Assembly: GCF_006345805.1 (NCBI RefSeq) | Contig: NC_043003.1 | Location: forward strand, 48,670,001 to 48,734,000 | Source: Octopus sinensis | Taxonomy: Eukaryota | Length of the DNA stretch: 64,000 nucleotides | Direction: 5' to 3' | Shown: in pieces, positions 13,779 to 26,491 of the stretch | Position numbering within the stretch: the first letter of the stretch is position 1 | Layout of the letters: each line of letters begins with the position of its first letter | Position numbers and translations under genes: made by a program | The notes under the pieces: model-generated | Told to the model about the DNA's origin: nothing | The model's database searches: none | What the model saw: the letters and a program-made list of their open reading frames with translations, nothing else

Positions 13779-14573
13779 TGCTATTGCTAATTATATTAAG
13801 AGGCTACTGGATTCTTTGGGTCAGACACAAGGCAAATTTTTACAGAGAAGTATGACAGTTAACTGAATCGATTTAAGTTGCATAACTTGTACTTCATCGA
13901 TCTCGAGGAAAGGAAGACAAAGTCGATCCTGAAAGGATAAGTCGGGTTATTTAATCTGGTGCACTTCTCTTTCTACTAATTCGTTGCTCTTAATTAATCC
14001 AAACAAAAGAAGAAAAAAACGTTACTTGAAATCGAATGGAATTGTCTTATTTTCTTATAAATTTATCTCTTAGAATATTTCGTTTTGTGCCTAGTTGAAA
14101 AAAAAAACAAAAATGGTAATTAAAATCGACTGCGGCGAAAGATGAATTAAGTGTGAAGAATAACTGCTCGCAACTTTATACTATTGCTAAACATTTTGGC
14201 AAATTTTTTAATCTTTCGTTATTTTCTTGTTTTTTTTTTTTTATATATATTTAAATATAAAAATAAGTTTCCAAAGAATTTAATCAAATTAACATTTGAC
14301 ACTTTTGCAGGGGTGGTGAATATTTGCTTATCTTTCATCATCATCATCGTTTAATGCACACCCTCCATGCTGGAGACGGTTTGTCGGGAGCTGGCCAGGC
14401 AGAAGCATGTACCAGACTTCTGTAACTGTTTTGGTAGGATTTTTACTGCCGGATGCCCTTTTGCAATAAATATTGTAGACCCTTACGCGTCTTGTAGCTT
14501 ATTGGGGAATATTATTTACATTATTTACATTATTTACATTCGACGGACACTTGTCCTCATCTTGTTTGATGTT

Positions 14574-14619
14574 AATACAACGTTTCGGCTGATATACCCT
14601 CCAGCCTTCTTCAGGTGTC
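14574..14619 (-). ncRNA. Minimal type-I hammerhead-like motif, canonical core
   Basis: Minus: GACAC-CUGAAGA-A-GGCUG/GAGGGUAUAU/CAGCC-GAAA-C-GUU^GUAUU; one mismatch in helix I; host repeat bounded by inverted (TTTACATTA)n/(TAATGTAAA)n. Confidence 0.65.
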
Positions 14620-15831
14620 TTGGGGAAATTTCGAACCTGGGTTCTCATTCCTAAGGTTTGTAAATAATGTAAATAATGTAAATTATCTACTTAATTCCTC
14701 ATCTCTTAAATATAGAACTATATTGGTGAATATTTTTACATTCTATCTAATATTGGTTTCAAAGTTTGGCACAAGGCCAGCAATTTCAGGGTAGGGTGCA
14801 AGTCGATTACATCGACCCCAATATTCAACTGGTACTTATCATATTGACCCCTGAAACGATGAAAGGCAAAGTTGACCTCGGCGGGATTTGAATCCAGAAC
14901 GAAAAGACGGACGAAATGCTGCTAAGCATTTTAACCAGCGTGATAATGATCCTGGCAGTTCACCACCTTCATTTTAATCTAACTACGTAAAAGTCGAAGA
15001 TTTTTTCTTCTTGTCGTCTCTCTCGAGGTTAAACCATGACCCAAACGTAGGATAACGCTGGCGTTTAAGGATGACACGAAATTCTGTAAGGTTTTGTTTT
15101 TAACATTGGTGTCAATTAGCATTCATACTTCGTCCAGCCCTCACAATTACTGGACCGGTTGGTGCATTGTGTTTTTGAGCAAAATACTTCCTCTCACGTT
15201 GCTCTGTGACACCTGATATAAGGGACACTGTTCAACTGGTCAGGCAACGCCGATTTGACTGATGGGATTGAGCTAATGTACAGTACATACATTTTATCAC
15301 TATAAAGAAATCATTTGTGTAGTTTGTTCAGCGATGTGAAGGCGTGTGGTTCAGTGGTTAGAGCGTCGAGCTTACAACCATGGGGTAGAGAGTTTGATCC
15401 CTAGACCGGGCTCTGTGTTGTGTTTATTTTCACGTTGCTCCAATTCACTCAGCTACAGAAATAAGTTGTGACGTCACTGGTGCCAAGCTGTATCAACTTT
15501 TGCCTTCCTCTTGACTAACACCAGCGGCGTGAAGAGGGGCTGCTGGTGTGCATGGGTGACTGGTGAGTTTCCATAAACAACCTTACTCGGACTTGTGCCT
15601 TGAAGGGTAACTTTCTAGGTGCAATCCCATAGTCCTTCATGACCGAAGGGGATCTATACCCTTTCTCGGACTACGAGAGATTACCATCATCGTTATTTTA
15701 ATGATGCTAATTCCTTGTATATAAGATTGGATTTCCTTGTAGAATTATCATAAATACAAACTATTTCAGGATTCCTAAGGACATTTAAGAACTCATAAGC
15801 GCCAGTTTGCAGCGCTATCTAAATACTTTCT

Positions 15832-16035
15832 ACTGTAGGCACAAGGCCTGAAATTTTGGGGGATGGGGTAAGTCGATTACATCGACCCCAGTACTTAACT
15901 GGTACTTATTTTACCGACCCCGAAAGGATGAAAGGCAAAGTCGACCTTGGCGGAATTTGAACTCAGAACGTAGCGACGAGTGAAATACCGCTAAGCATTT
16001 TGTCCAGCGCGCTAATGATTCTGCCAGCTCACTAG
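15832..16035 (-). mobile_element. tRNA-derived SINE, near full length, second tail type
   Basis: Reverse complement of the common SINE body; tail CCCCCAAAATTTCAGGCCTTGTGCCTACAGTAGAAAG. Related copies at about 9100-9310, 14750-14970, 26490-26945, 50660-51095, 55100-55312, 61600-62300. Confidence 0.85.
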
Positions 16036-16574
16036 GTAAATCACTCTCTGTATAGAATTCCCGTCCATCACAATATGACAACTTTTGTTTACCCGATATC
16101 TTATTTGCAACCGTTTGGTCTACTGAACTAATATAGAACTAAATGCTTTTATAGAGAGAAAATGAAATATCTTAAGCTTCATCCCATTGGCTATTCTTCC
16201 TCGTTCTTAGGAATTCTTAAGTTGATGTAATGATAATATGTCAGATTATGTGCATTACAAAACCATGTTTTGTGTCTCGTCCTTAAAAGAATTAAACTTT
16301 TGTCTTCCATTTTTCTAAAACTGATAAAAACGAATAGCGACAATATCATAACCTTCCTCTTTCATACAAAAGGCGTCCTGTCTTATACAAAATTAACAGA
16401 TATCATTCAATAAAAGACAAGTCTGATACCATCATATGGAATAGGAATAATGTAGTCTTATATTTAACATAGCATCTTCCGGTTGTTTACGTTCTGAGTT
16501 CAAATACCGTCGTGGTTGATTTTTACCTTTCATTCTTTCGTGGTCGATGAAATAAGTGCTGGTTAAATACTGTT

Positions 16575-16885
16575 GGAGGCACATGGCCTAGTGGTTAGAG
16601 CAGCGGACTCGCGGTCGAGAGATCGCGGGTTCGAATCTCAGACCGGGCGGTGTGTGTGTTTATGAGCGAAACACCTAAGCTCCACGCGACTCCGGCAGAA
16701 GGTAATGGCGAACCTCTGCTGACTCTTTCGCCACAACTTTCTCTCACTCTTTCCTCCTGCATCTTGCAGCTCACCTGCGACGGACTGGCGTCCCGTCCAG
16801 GTGGGGAACCTATACGCCAAGGAAACCGGGAAACCGGACCTTATGAGCCAGGCGTGGTTCGAGAAGGAACAAACAACAACAACTG
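16575..16885 (+). mobile_element. Full-length tRNA-derived SINE with (AAC)n tail
   Basis: A-box TGGCCTAGTGG, B-box GGTTCGAATCT, central CCTGCGACGGACTGGCGTCCCGTCCAGG, tail GAAGGAACAAACAACAACAAC. Confidence 0.85.
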
Positions 16886-17309
16886 TAGTCGGCTTCCCTC
16901 CTCTCAAAGCTGCTGGTTTTTGTCGAAATTAGAAAGGATATTTACGATAGCTTTGAAAATCGTACGCTCTGATCCCGTCTCCTTCCGAATCTAGATTTTT
17001 AAAGAGGTCACTGACTGAGATGAATGTGATGTTATATATACAAGGAAAATTTCTTTTTGGAACAAATTTCAATTAAGAATTGTTTATTCTCTGTGCTTGA
17101 ATAAATGAATAGCAATGGTTTCTGCGAGGAATGATCTGATGCAAATATTATGTAAATAAATTAAGCCTTTCTGAAAATATATCCACTTTCCTTCATTATC
17201 GATTCAATTTCCTTGCACAAGCGTGCTTGCGATTCTATTTCCTTCTTTCCTTCTCTTCCCCATCTCTCTCATTTTTCTCTGACTCTCTCTGTCTTTTTCT
17301 CTCTCATTT

Positions 17310-17552
<243 letters not shown>

Positions 17553-18160
17553 CTATTTCTGCTCTCTCTTTCCTCACTTTTTTTTTTGTAATTTACCATT
17601 TGTCAACTTTTTTTCTCTCCCTTCTTTCACGTACGCGTTATTTTTCCTCCGATATAGATTACAAGGGAAATATTGTCATCTTGTAGCATATCCAAAGTAA
17701 CATACTTTTTTTAAATTCAAAAAACACGTGTGCGCGCACACACACACACACACACGCTCATGTTGTCATATTCAAACACATATATACATCTCACTGCTCC
17801 CACTACACACGCGCGCGCACTTCAGTTTAGATTACAACCTGTTAGCCACCAACATTTTATAAGGATTCTTTCCATTGCCCTGTTATACCCGCTCTGCATT
17901 TCTTCTATCACTGTTGCACGGTTATCTCTACAGATATGTACACGGTAGGACGCAGTATTCACTTATATAACGTTTAATATACTTTGTATCATATTATGGT
18001 TGCGTAACGAAATACCAAGTCTCTACAAGTCATTAGTATTTACCTACCCGCTGCCAGGAATGTGTTTAATATGTAAAATTGGTATATCCATTAACGTTAC
18101 ATCGCTCTATGTAGTAGCTATTTAAGTAATGAGTTCGTGGCTTGTTTAATGGGTCGGATA

Positions 18161-18207
18161 TGACGCTGAAGAGGGAGCAAGAGCTCCTGAAATATGCATA
18201 TACACCA
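18161..18207 (+). ncRNA. Hammerhead-like motif, canonical core, degenerate helix I
   Basis: CUGAAGA-GGGAGC/AAGA/GCUCCU-GAAA-UAUGCAUA-UA^; helix III palindrome AUAUGCAUAU, NUH=AUA; helix I has 2 mismatches. Confidence 0.45.
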
Positions 18208-18489
18208 ATCACCTATTTTTCCAACTTCAACTGCATTGTGTACATTAGACGTATTCAGATACGAAGCGTCGTAACAGATCAGTGCTAGCTATAATTTCTA
18301 TAGAAAAGTGATTTAATAGCACTGCTAACACAGCAGGACACAGCATTGATTTATAAAGAATTTTAAATACTTTGAAGTATATTATGGTTGAATAACGAAG
18401 TACGGTGTCCCTACAAGTAATTAACTGGCTAATTGTGTATCATATCCTGCTAAAACCGCTCATTTCACCTGCTTTTCCTGTAAACCCTG

Positions 18490-18702
18490 CGGGTACGGAA
18501 AAATCCCTGGCCTTGTGTAAAGGAAAATGCAGGAGGAGCAGTTAATTTTGATTTTATACAATATATCCCCCTCTCAGATTCATACATTTATTGCAGCAGT
18601 CCTTCAGTCTTCTAAGCCCTGTAAAAGAACTCAGAAGGTTGGGCCTCCAATCAGGCTTTTCACGATACCCTTAAAACCAGGAACTTTTCAGCACCTCCTC
18701 GT
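18490..18702. mobile_element. Mariner-derived MITE
   Basis: Right TIR AAAACCAGGAACTTTTCAGCACCTCCTCG|TA matches 13690-13713; interior is the reverse complement of the same transposase 3' end; second copy about 39332-39496. Confidence 0.65.
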
Positions 18703-18924
18703 ACGTATTCTACCCAAACCTTTCCGAGAACTTTATTCCTCAAAACTCCACCTATAAACCCTCATTTCACCCGCTTCTTACGTAACTCGAGTCTCTACTC
18801 GATGTACGATTCCTACACAAAGTATTTCATCCAGTCCTTCTTTCCTAGAACTTTATTCCTCTTTCACAGGTTATGTTTACTTCTTAAACCATCAACCTTC
18901 AAGGGTTAAGCCTGAACAACGATA

Positions 18925-19173
18925 ATGTATGACCAGACAAAAATTGCTGCAGCTCCATATTCACCAGATATTGCTCCTTCGGATTTCCACTTATTCAGGT
19001 TTCTGCAGAATAGTCTTAATGGTAAAAATTTCAATTCCTTGGATGACGTAAAAAGACACCTTGATGAATTCTTTGCCATGAAAGCACCTCAATTCTGGGA
19101 AGAGGATATTTTCAAATTAAAGGAAAGATGGAGACGCATTGTGCAACAAAATAGTTCATATCTGGTTGATTAA
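18925..19173 (+). pseudogene. Mariner transposase C-terminal fragment
   Basis: PYSPDIAPSDFHLF (mariner YSPDLAP-D motif) through WRRIVQQNSSYLVD*. Confidence 0.9.
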
Positions 19174-20006
19174 AAATGTAATGGCAAGTATTTATTGACC
19201 TTTTACTAGTTTTCTGTAAAAAAAGTATTTATTGACCTTTTACTAGTTTTCAAACATCGAATGGCTATGGGGTGGGGTCCACCAGAATAAAATGCACACA
19301 TGCAAAAGCACACACACACACACACACACAGACACACACACACACACACACACACGACGGGCTCCCACAAAGTTTCTGTGAAGCAAATTCACTCACAAGG
19401 CATTGGTCGACCCAGGACAATAGTAAAATAAACTTGCCCACAGTACCGCACAGTGGGACTGAACCTGAAAACTCGAGATTGCAAAGCGAGTTTCTTAATC
19501 ACACAGCCATGTCTGCACCTTTTTGCGGTGTGCTAAGATCTCCAACACCAAGCGATTCTTTACAGGAAACCTAAAGCTCCATTGTAAAACTATTTACTAC
19601 GCATAGAATTGACTGGATTTAGAAACATTTCCTTCTGACATAGGGATGGAATTTAGCCAAAAGAAATGTTTATATTTGACAACTGAACGCGAGAAAACTG
19701 TTACTGGAAGCCCTTAACTGTTGCATCAATGGTATCTATATCTCCCTCGTTTCCGATAACGAGTGCTACAAATACCTACGTGTTGATGGCAGATATTTCA
19801 TACAAAGTGGCTATGGATAAAGTGCGACTGAAGAATATTATACCAATACACATACGTGTACTGGTGTGTGTGTGTATGTGTGTGTGTATGTGTGTGTGCG
19901 CGCGTGTATATATATATAAAATACCCACACGCTCACACATATATACATACGCATACATACATGCATATATATATATGCACACACACATGTATATATATGT
20001 ATATAC

Positions 20007-20045
<39 letters not shown>

Positions 20046-20096
20046 TACATATATATATATGCATACATGCATGCATACATATATATACACATATAT

Positions 20097-20142
<46 letters not shown>

Positions 20143-20173
20143 TACATATATCTATCTATCTCTCTTTCTCTCC

Positions 20174-20209
<36 letters not shown>

Positions 20210-20233
20210 TATATATATATATATATATAAAAT

Positions 20234-20417
20234 ATAATATGTTACATTTACTCAATAGTCAAGATAAAACTCCGAGTTTCAGATGCCGAAGTGGAAATCC
20301 ACAACACCATCTCTTATCAGATGGCCAGATAACCGAAGAGATGGTGTTGTGGATTTCCACTTCGGCATCTGAAACTCGGAGTTTTATCTTGACTATTGAG
20401 TAAATGTAACATATTAT
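20234..20417. repeat. 82-bp perfect inverted repeat with 20-nt loop
   Basis: Arms 20234-20315 and 20336-20417 compared base by base with no mismatch; same family as the 10555-10750 repeat. Confidence 0.9.
20327..20389 (+). ncRNA. Minimal hammerhead-like motif (U4C core) in the palindrome loop and right arm
   Basis: AGAUAA-CCGAAGA-GAUG..CAUCU-GAAA-CUC-G-GAG-UU^UUAUCU: 6-bp helix I, helix III ACUC-G-GAGU, NUH=GUU. Confidence 0.6.
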
Positions 20418-20429
20418 TTTATAGATAAA

Positions 20430-21343
20430 CTAGCAGTATCGCCCGGCATTGCTCGGGTTTGTAAGGGAAATAACTATATAAGCATTTTTAGTGAGTTATA
20501 GCAAAAAAATAGCAAAAATGCATTAAAAATGGAATAAAAAATTATGGTAATTTTCTTTTTAAATCGTTGACTCATCGTAGACATTTTTAGAGAGTTACTT
20601 CCCTTATATAATAGCGAAAAATGCATTAAAATGGAATAAAAAAAATGATGGTATATTTTTTTTAAATCGTAGACTCATCGTAGACGCGCGCTAATACCCA
20701 GAAGGGCTCGATATGAGTCACGACTATAAGATACCCGGTTTTGGTTACACTGCACCGCAAAATGTGGGAGTAGTTAGGAATCTAAATCATAGGAGACAGA
20801 CGCACAACCTTACTTTTATATATAAAGATTTGTGCAACAACTAAAACATTCGGTTGTGCAAATTGTTTGCACAGGAAACCTGCCCTGTGTGGCGGTAATT
20901 GCCGTTTTTTGTGGATCTGTTTCAGCTTTTTTAGCGATTTCTGTTTTGGCGACTTCAAGCCATGAAGTCGTTGTTCTAAAAGAACGCTGGTCTCCTTGAC
21001 AACGCATTACGACGTTGATTTCCTTACACTCCCTTCCCCACACCTTCACGAGGGAGAGAAGAAGGGGGAGAAGCAAACAGGTGCAGGTGTGAGCGTGGAC
21101 GCCAACTCCGCCGCCATCGACACACGAAAAAATATGCATTAAAATGGAATAAAAACTGATGTTAAATTATTTTTAAAATCGTAGACTCATCGTAGACGCG
21201 CGCTAATACCCGACGGGCTCGATATGAATCACGACTATAAGATACCCGAATTTGGTTAAACTGCACCGCAAAATGTGGGAGTAGTTAGGAATCTAAATCG
21301 AAGGGGACAGACACTCACACAACTACAGTTTTATATATATAGA
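20430..21343 (-). mobile_element. Composite non-autonomous Helitron (two 5' ends, one 3' end)
   Basis: Minus: A|TCTATATATATAAAAC at 21343, internal A|TCTTTATATATAAAAG at 20828, 3' CCCGAGCAATGCCGGG hairpin + CGATACTGCTAG|T at 20430. Confidence 0.85.
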
Positions 21344-21472
21344 TTTCCTCTATTTACATAATATTGAGGTCTCTTTCTTTCTTTTGTTATCTTACCGTTT
21401 TTACCAATATATATATATATATATGGCGGTGCCCCAGCATGGCCACAGCTCGTGAGCTGAAACTAGATAAAA

Positions 21473-21515
<43 letters not shown>

Positions 21516-21987
21516 GATTGATATAAAATGTGGATTCAGAGAATAATCGTGGTGTGATATGGAGAAATAATTCTATTTTCGCATCCTTACTTTACGCTCG
21601 AATTATAATCTCTTCTATACACTATATGTGTTATATGTATGTATGTACGTATGTATGTATGTACGCATATATGTATGCATGTGTGTATGTATGTATGTAT
21701 GTATTTATGTATGTATGTATGTATGTATGTATGTATGTATGTATGTATGTATGTATGTATGTATGTATGTATGTATGCGTGCATGCATGTATGTATGCAT
21801 TATACATGTATATATATATGTATATATATATATATATGTGTGTGTCTGTGTATATATATATATACACATATACACACATGTATATATATACATATGTATA
21901 TAAGGATAAGATCGTTATTTAAAAGCCGATCTTATCAGGTGGCCAGCATGGGAATAAAAACCTTCAAAGGTAATAATTATTATTAGA

Positions 21988-22350
21988 ATTATAATTTAGG
22001 GTATCTAAGAGATACCACCACGCTGGAAATAGCAGTCAAAACTTGACTCTAAAACCGCATTAAATGTTCATACAGCACCAGGAGAGAAGACAAGAAACAA
22101 AATAAACTAGCAAAAAAAAATATTACTGTATAATTCCAGATCCCGGATTTCTGGCTCTGCAAAAGGCAGATAATGTCTTATGCAGAGCCAGAAATTCGGG
22201 ATCTGGAATTATCCAGTAATTTTTTTGCTAGATTATTTTGTCTCTTGTCTTCTCTCCTGGTGGTGTATGAACATTTAATGTGGTTTTAGAGTCAAGTTTT
22301 GGCTACTATTTCCAGCGTGGTGGTATCTCTGAGATACCCTAAATTATAAT
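21988..22350. repeat. Foldback element with about 170-bp inverted arms and 19-nt loop
   Basis: Arms 21988-22161 and 22181-22350 are reverse complements with roughly a dozen differences by eye. Confidence 0.85.
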
Positions 22351-23006
22351 TTGAACTTAGAACGTAAAGTCAGAAGAAATGCCTCCGAGCATTTTGTCCA
22401 TCGCGGTAACGGTTCTGCCAGCTCACCACCTTGTGATGATAATATTGGCTTCAAATTTTGGCACAGTGTTAACCATTTCGAGCAAGTCGATTAAATCAAT
22501 CCCAATATTCGACTGGGACTTATTTTTTCGACCCCGAAAGAATGAAAGGCAAAGTCAGTCTCAAGGGTGATAATATTTACATGAAGTGTAGCATCTCTTG
22601 GGATCATGACGGTTAAGTCGAGTCACATTTCGAAGTTTATGCTTTTTCAGTCCCAGAGCAGGAGATAGCTATGAAATTGGTAATGAGTAAATGAGATAGT
22701 GCTAGAATTTGGTCAAATGAAATGTTTATATTTAGCAACGGGACATGGTGAAAACGTTCCTTGAACCCAAAATTTTTACAAAGTGACAATTTGGAAAAGC
22801 TAGGATTTTCAAGCAAAGAAAAAAACCGACCAATACGCCCCTTATAGATACAGTCTGTAAATGGAACTGAAAACTTGAGGTTATCCAAATTCCAGAGAGA
22901 AAACTCTTTTTTTTGTTAGAAACTAGGTCCATATTTTTAGGAAGAATTCTAATAAATAAAATAAGTAAATTTATGAATACATGCCGCACGAGCAAAATCC
23001 TTTGGA

Positions 23007-23060
23007 CAGGAAGTGACGCCATCCTTTCTGCATCTGCGTCAAAATTTTCACGCCGGTAAG
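23007..23060 (+). promoter_or_regulatory. Candidate promoter / short first exon: ETS-CRE-YY1-like motif followed by a splice donor
   Basis: CAGGAAGTGACGCCATCC at 23007-23024; CCG|GTAAG at 23055/23056; 14 CpG in 22981-23150 within unique AT-rich DNA. Confidence 0.4.
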
Positions 23061-23566
23061 CCGTGTCAGTTTCCGGCTGTTACGCTTGGAATACAGACGT
23101 GTAGTGTATGCTCGTTGGACTTTCGTTTTCACTGAACGCATCGAACACAATACACACCAGCACACATTGTCTCTATTGACACTACAACGGTTTCTATTTG
23201 TCTGTCATAGTAAGATATACACCACAACTATCCGTCCAAACCCTTCCGATCTATCTGCCTTTTCATTTCTCGTTAACCTCACTATACTCTTCTATCATGT
23301 AAAGCCGTTGTATTAAACATTTTGAAAACTGGATTAGAAGAGATCAGATTCAGACAAAACAACTCTGAAACTTAGGTTACTCTGATCATTCTGAAGATTT
23401 TCATGATACCATATACAAAGAGGTCATGATATCAAATGCCGTGAAAATAGTATATCTATTTGGTTAATAAATTTGCTTCATAACCGCGTGGTTTCGGGTT
23501 CAATATTTCTAAACAGTACCTTGAGAAATTTTCTACTATTCTGTCTCTCTCACACTCTCTCTCCAC

Positions 23567-23627
<61 letters not shown>

Positions 23628-23844
23628 CATACATACATACATACATACATACATGCATACATACATAATACATACATATATACATACATACATACATACA
23701 CACATATATATGTATATATGAATGTAGATACATACATATGTATGTGTGTATATTTATATATACAAATATATATATATACATTTATATATATGTATGTATG
23801 TATGCATATATATATGTGTGTGTATATATATATGTACACACACA

Positions 23845-23897
<53 letters not shown>

Positions 23898-25039
23898 TTA
23901 TATATAAGCATGCATGCATGTGTATGTTTGTGTATCTTCCGCCTATATGTATTGACTCTGCGAAAGATCTAAACATCGGCAATAAACCGAAAACTTGGTG
24001 GTAGCCCTTTGCTTATCTATCAGTAATGCAGTTCGACAGTGATTGGTTCGTTGAAACCCTGTAATCGATGTTAGTGTTGTTCACAAATTACCATATAAAA
24101 TATATAAATAAATGCAATAGGAAAAATTTGACCCTAATGTTTTTGTAGTTCTTTATATATTAGTGAAAATGTCCAATACCAATATGAATGCTTAATTTGA
24201 ACAAAGTACTTTTTATATTGTAATCTCGAGAATTTTGCTTGGCCTACTCCGTTTTATTGAAAATTATCTCTCATAAATATTATATTCCGGCAATTTTTCC
24301 AAGAAAAAATTACAAAAGAAAATACTAGTTTCGGGATTACAATATTTAAAATTTTCTAATGTTAACTATGTTTCAGAGAAAGACTCCGCCCAACCATCCT
24401 TAAGTGTTCACTCTGCACAGCCCATCTCATGGATTTAATAACTGTACATATTGAGAAACAGGATTTTGGAGCTCTATTATCATGAAAATAAGGCTCGAGA
24501 TTTTTCGTTTAATTATTAAACAATACATTCCAAAAATTAAAGCCATTAAAGTATTACCGGAAAAAGATATTTCTTAGGAATGCTGATTATTCCCGGAACT
24601 TTCCGCCTAATAAATTCTTCTGAAAAAGTAACTTTCACCAAGAAATTTTCACAGTTAAGATAATAAAAACTGTTTAAACTGAAGTTAACCAGGTTTTCGA
24701 ACTACAAGCTAGATTCACACATTTTCAATAGTAACAAAGTTGCTTAACTTGGAATAGCTCATTCCTTCTACCTGTAGCCAATTACCAAAGAACGGGCTTA
24801 CTACTTCAGTTTATTACAGTTATTTCCTTAAAAGAGATATTTATGCAATATGTTTTTTTTTTCTTTTTCTTGTTTTAGCAGATCATAAGATGAACACAGA
24901 ACAACAAAACTGATCTGCATGACTATGTTTAGTGCCTGAACATTGCCGATTTTTGATTTATGTAGAATAACTATCACGTCTAGAACGGATCCGGCTATGA
25001 GCTGAGCTCATTGTGAAGATTGTCCTGTTGCCTTACTTT

Positions 25040-25342
25040 TGTTGTTTAAGTATTCCAGGGCCGTATTCACGAGCGATGGGAAGCAGGAATTGAATTAAAT
25101 GTTAGAATTGCTGTAACTGGTATTCGATCCTCAAAAAAAGGAAACGTTGATAAAAAAGCCAAATTCACTATCTTCAGCTCGGTTTTCGAGTCTATCCTCA
25201 CCTATGATTATGAATGTTGAGTAATGACCGAAAGAGTACGATCGCAAATGCAAACGGTCGACATGGGGTTCCTCCGAAGGATCTCTGGAGTAACGTTACT
25301 CGACTGGGTGCGTAGTTCGGGGATCAGGAAGTCCCTCCAGGT
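25040..25342 (+). pseudogene. RTE-clade LINE fragment (post-RT region)
   Basis: FKYSRAVFTSDGKQE...KAKFTIFSSVFESILTYDYEC*VMTERVRSQMQTVDMGFLRRISGVTLLDWVRSSGIRKSLQVEP resembles the RTE FxYLG..RI..ILxYGxExW..E(M)xFLRRI region. Confidence 0.8.
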
Positions 25343-26434
25343 TGAGCCGATATTTTTCTGGATCACCTCGAGCCTGACAGCAACTCCAATATTCTTAATA
25401 TGTTTTTCAAAGTCCTTAGAAACTGCTCCTAATGCTCCAATTACCACCGGTATCACCATTACTTTCCTCATGTCCCATAACTTTCCTATCTCATCCCGCA
25501 GTGGCTGGTATTTCTCAATCTTTTCTGTTTTCTTACATTTCATCCTCGAATCGCCTGGTATTGTAACATCTATTATCTTTACTTTTTTTTTCATCTTTAT
25601 GGATGAGCACGATATCTGGTCGTCTCGCCTCTATAACTTGGTCGCACTGCATGTTAAAATCCCTGAGTATTTTGTAATGTTAATTTTCCATTACTCCTGG
25701 TTTGTGTTAATACAATTGTTTGGCCCTTTCGAAGTTTGCTTTACCGCACAACACCCAGTGGACATATCTGGCTACATTGTCGTGTCTCCTTTTATATTCG
25801 CGTTGTGCGAGCTTACAGCACTCTCTAACAATATGGCTTATACTTTCTCCCTTCTCAAAGAACATCCTACACAGTGGCAAGTCAGTGTTTTTATCAATGT
25901 GAGTGTAGTTTCTTCTGAGAGCTTGTTTTTGAGCATTGCACCCTAATGCCTCAGTGGGCCCTTTTAAGTCTCTTTTCTGCAGCCGTTGCAAGGTTCTAAA
26001 CCAATTAATCTCATCTTTATTCTTCAAGAACTGTCTGTGCATTTTCTTGTTCGGCTAAATTTTCTTCATCTTCTCTCTGGTCTTTCTTAAACTGTATTGG
26101 ATCTACGGCTTCGTTCACTTTTAAGGTTCCCTGCATTTTCACTACTTCAATCATTTCTTCTTTACTCCTCTTGACATGCCTGTCGGCTCTTCTCCTGCAA
26201 CTCAACTTGATTTCGAGCCGGGTCGTCTGCTGCTGGAGAGGACCGACCAGGTAAAAGACCTGGGTATCTTGGTGGATTCTTCCTTTTCGCCTTCGGCCCA
26301 GTGCGTTCATGCTGCGTAGTTCCTTGCTCATTGTCATTAATTTTCGTGTTCCTCGGTCAATCTCTTGTAATTCCTGCTCTATATTTCAGCAATGCAACAG
26401 CCCACGTGTTAATTGCTCTAATCTTATAGCGGTC

Positions 26435-26436
<2 letters not shown>
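25343..26436 (-). pseudogene. R4/Dong-like LINE 3' coding fragment (zinc finger + restriction-like endonuclease)
   Basis: RAINTWAVALL; CRM..GESISHIVREC; YKRRHDNVARYVHW; RRPDIVL..KKVKIIDVTIPGD..KIEKYQPL..VIPVVIGALG (REL domain); upstream flank is (TAA)n in sense. Confidence 0.85.
26205..26318 (+). pseudogene. Short CR1/L2-like LINE fragment nested in the Dong-like piece
   Basis: LLLERTDQVKDLGILVDSSFSPSAQCVHAA resembles the CR1-group (E)KDLGV-VDS-L---QC--AA motif. Confidence 0.6.

Positions 26437-26491
<55 letters not shown>

Noticed and set aside
16575-16650. tRNA-like heads (also 7320-7390, 7905-7980, 26490-26580)
   Set aside because: A/B boxes run into SINE bodies and I could not fold full cloverleaves; treated as SINEs, not tRNA genes.
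22637-23022. Minus-strand ORFs of 83-96 aa near the promoter-like site
   Set aside because: No recognisable domain; lengths are within chance expectation for AT-rich DNA.
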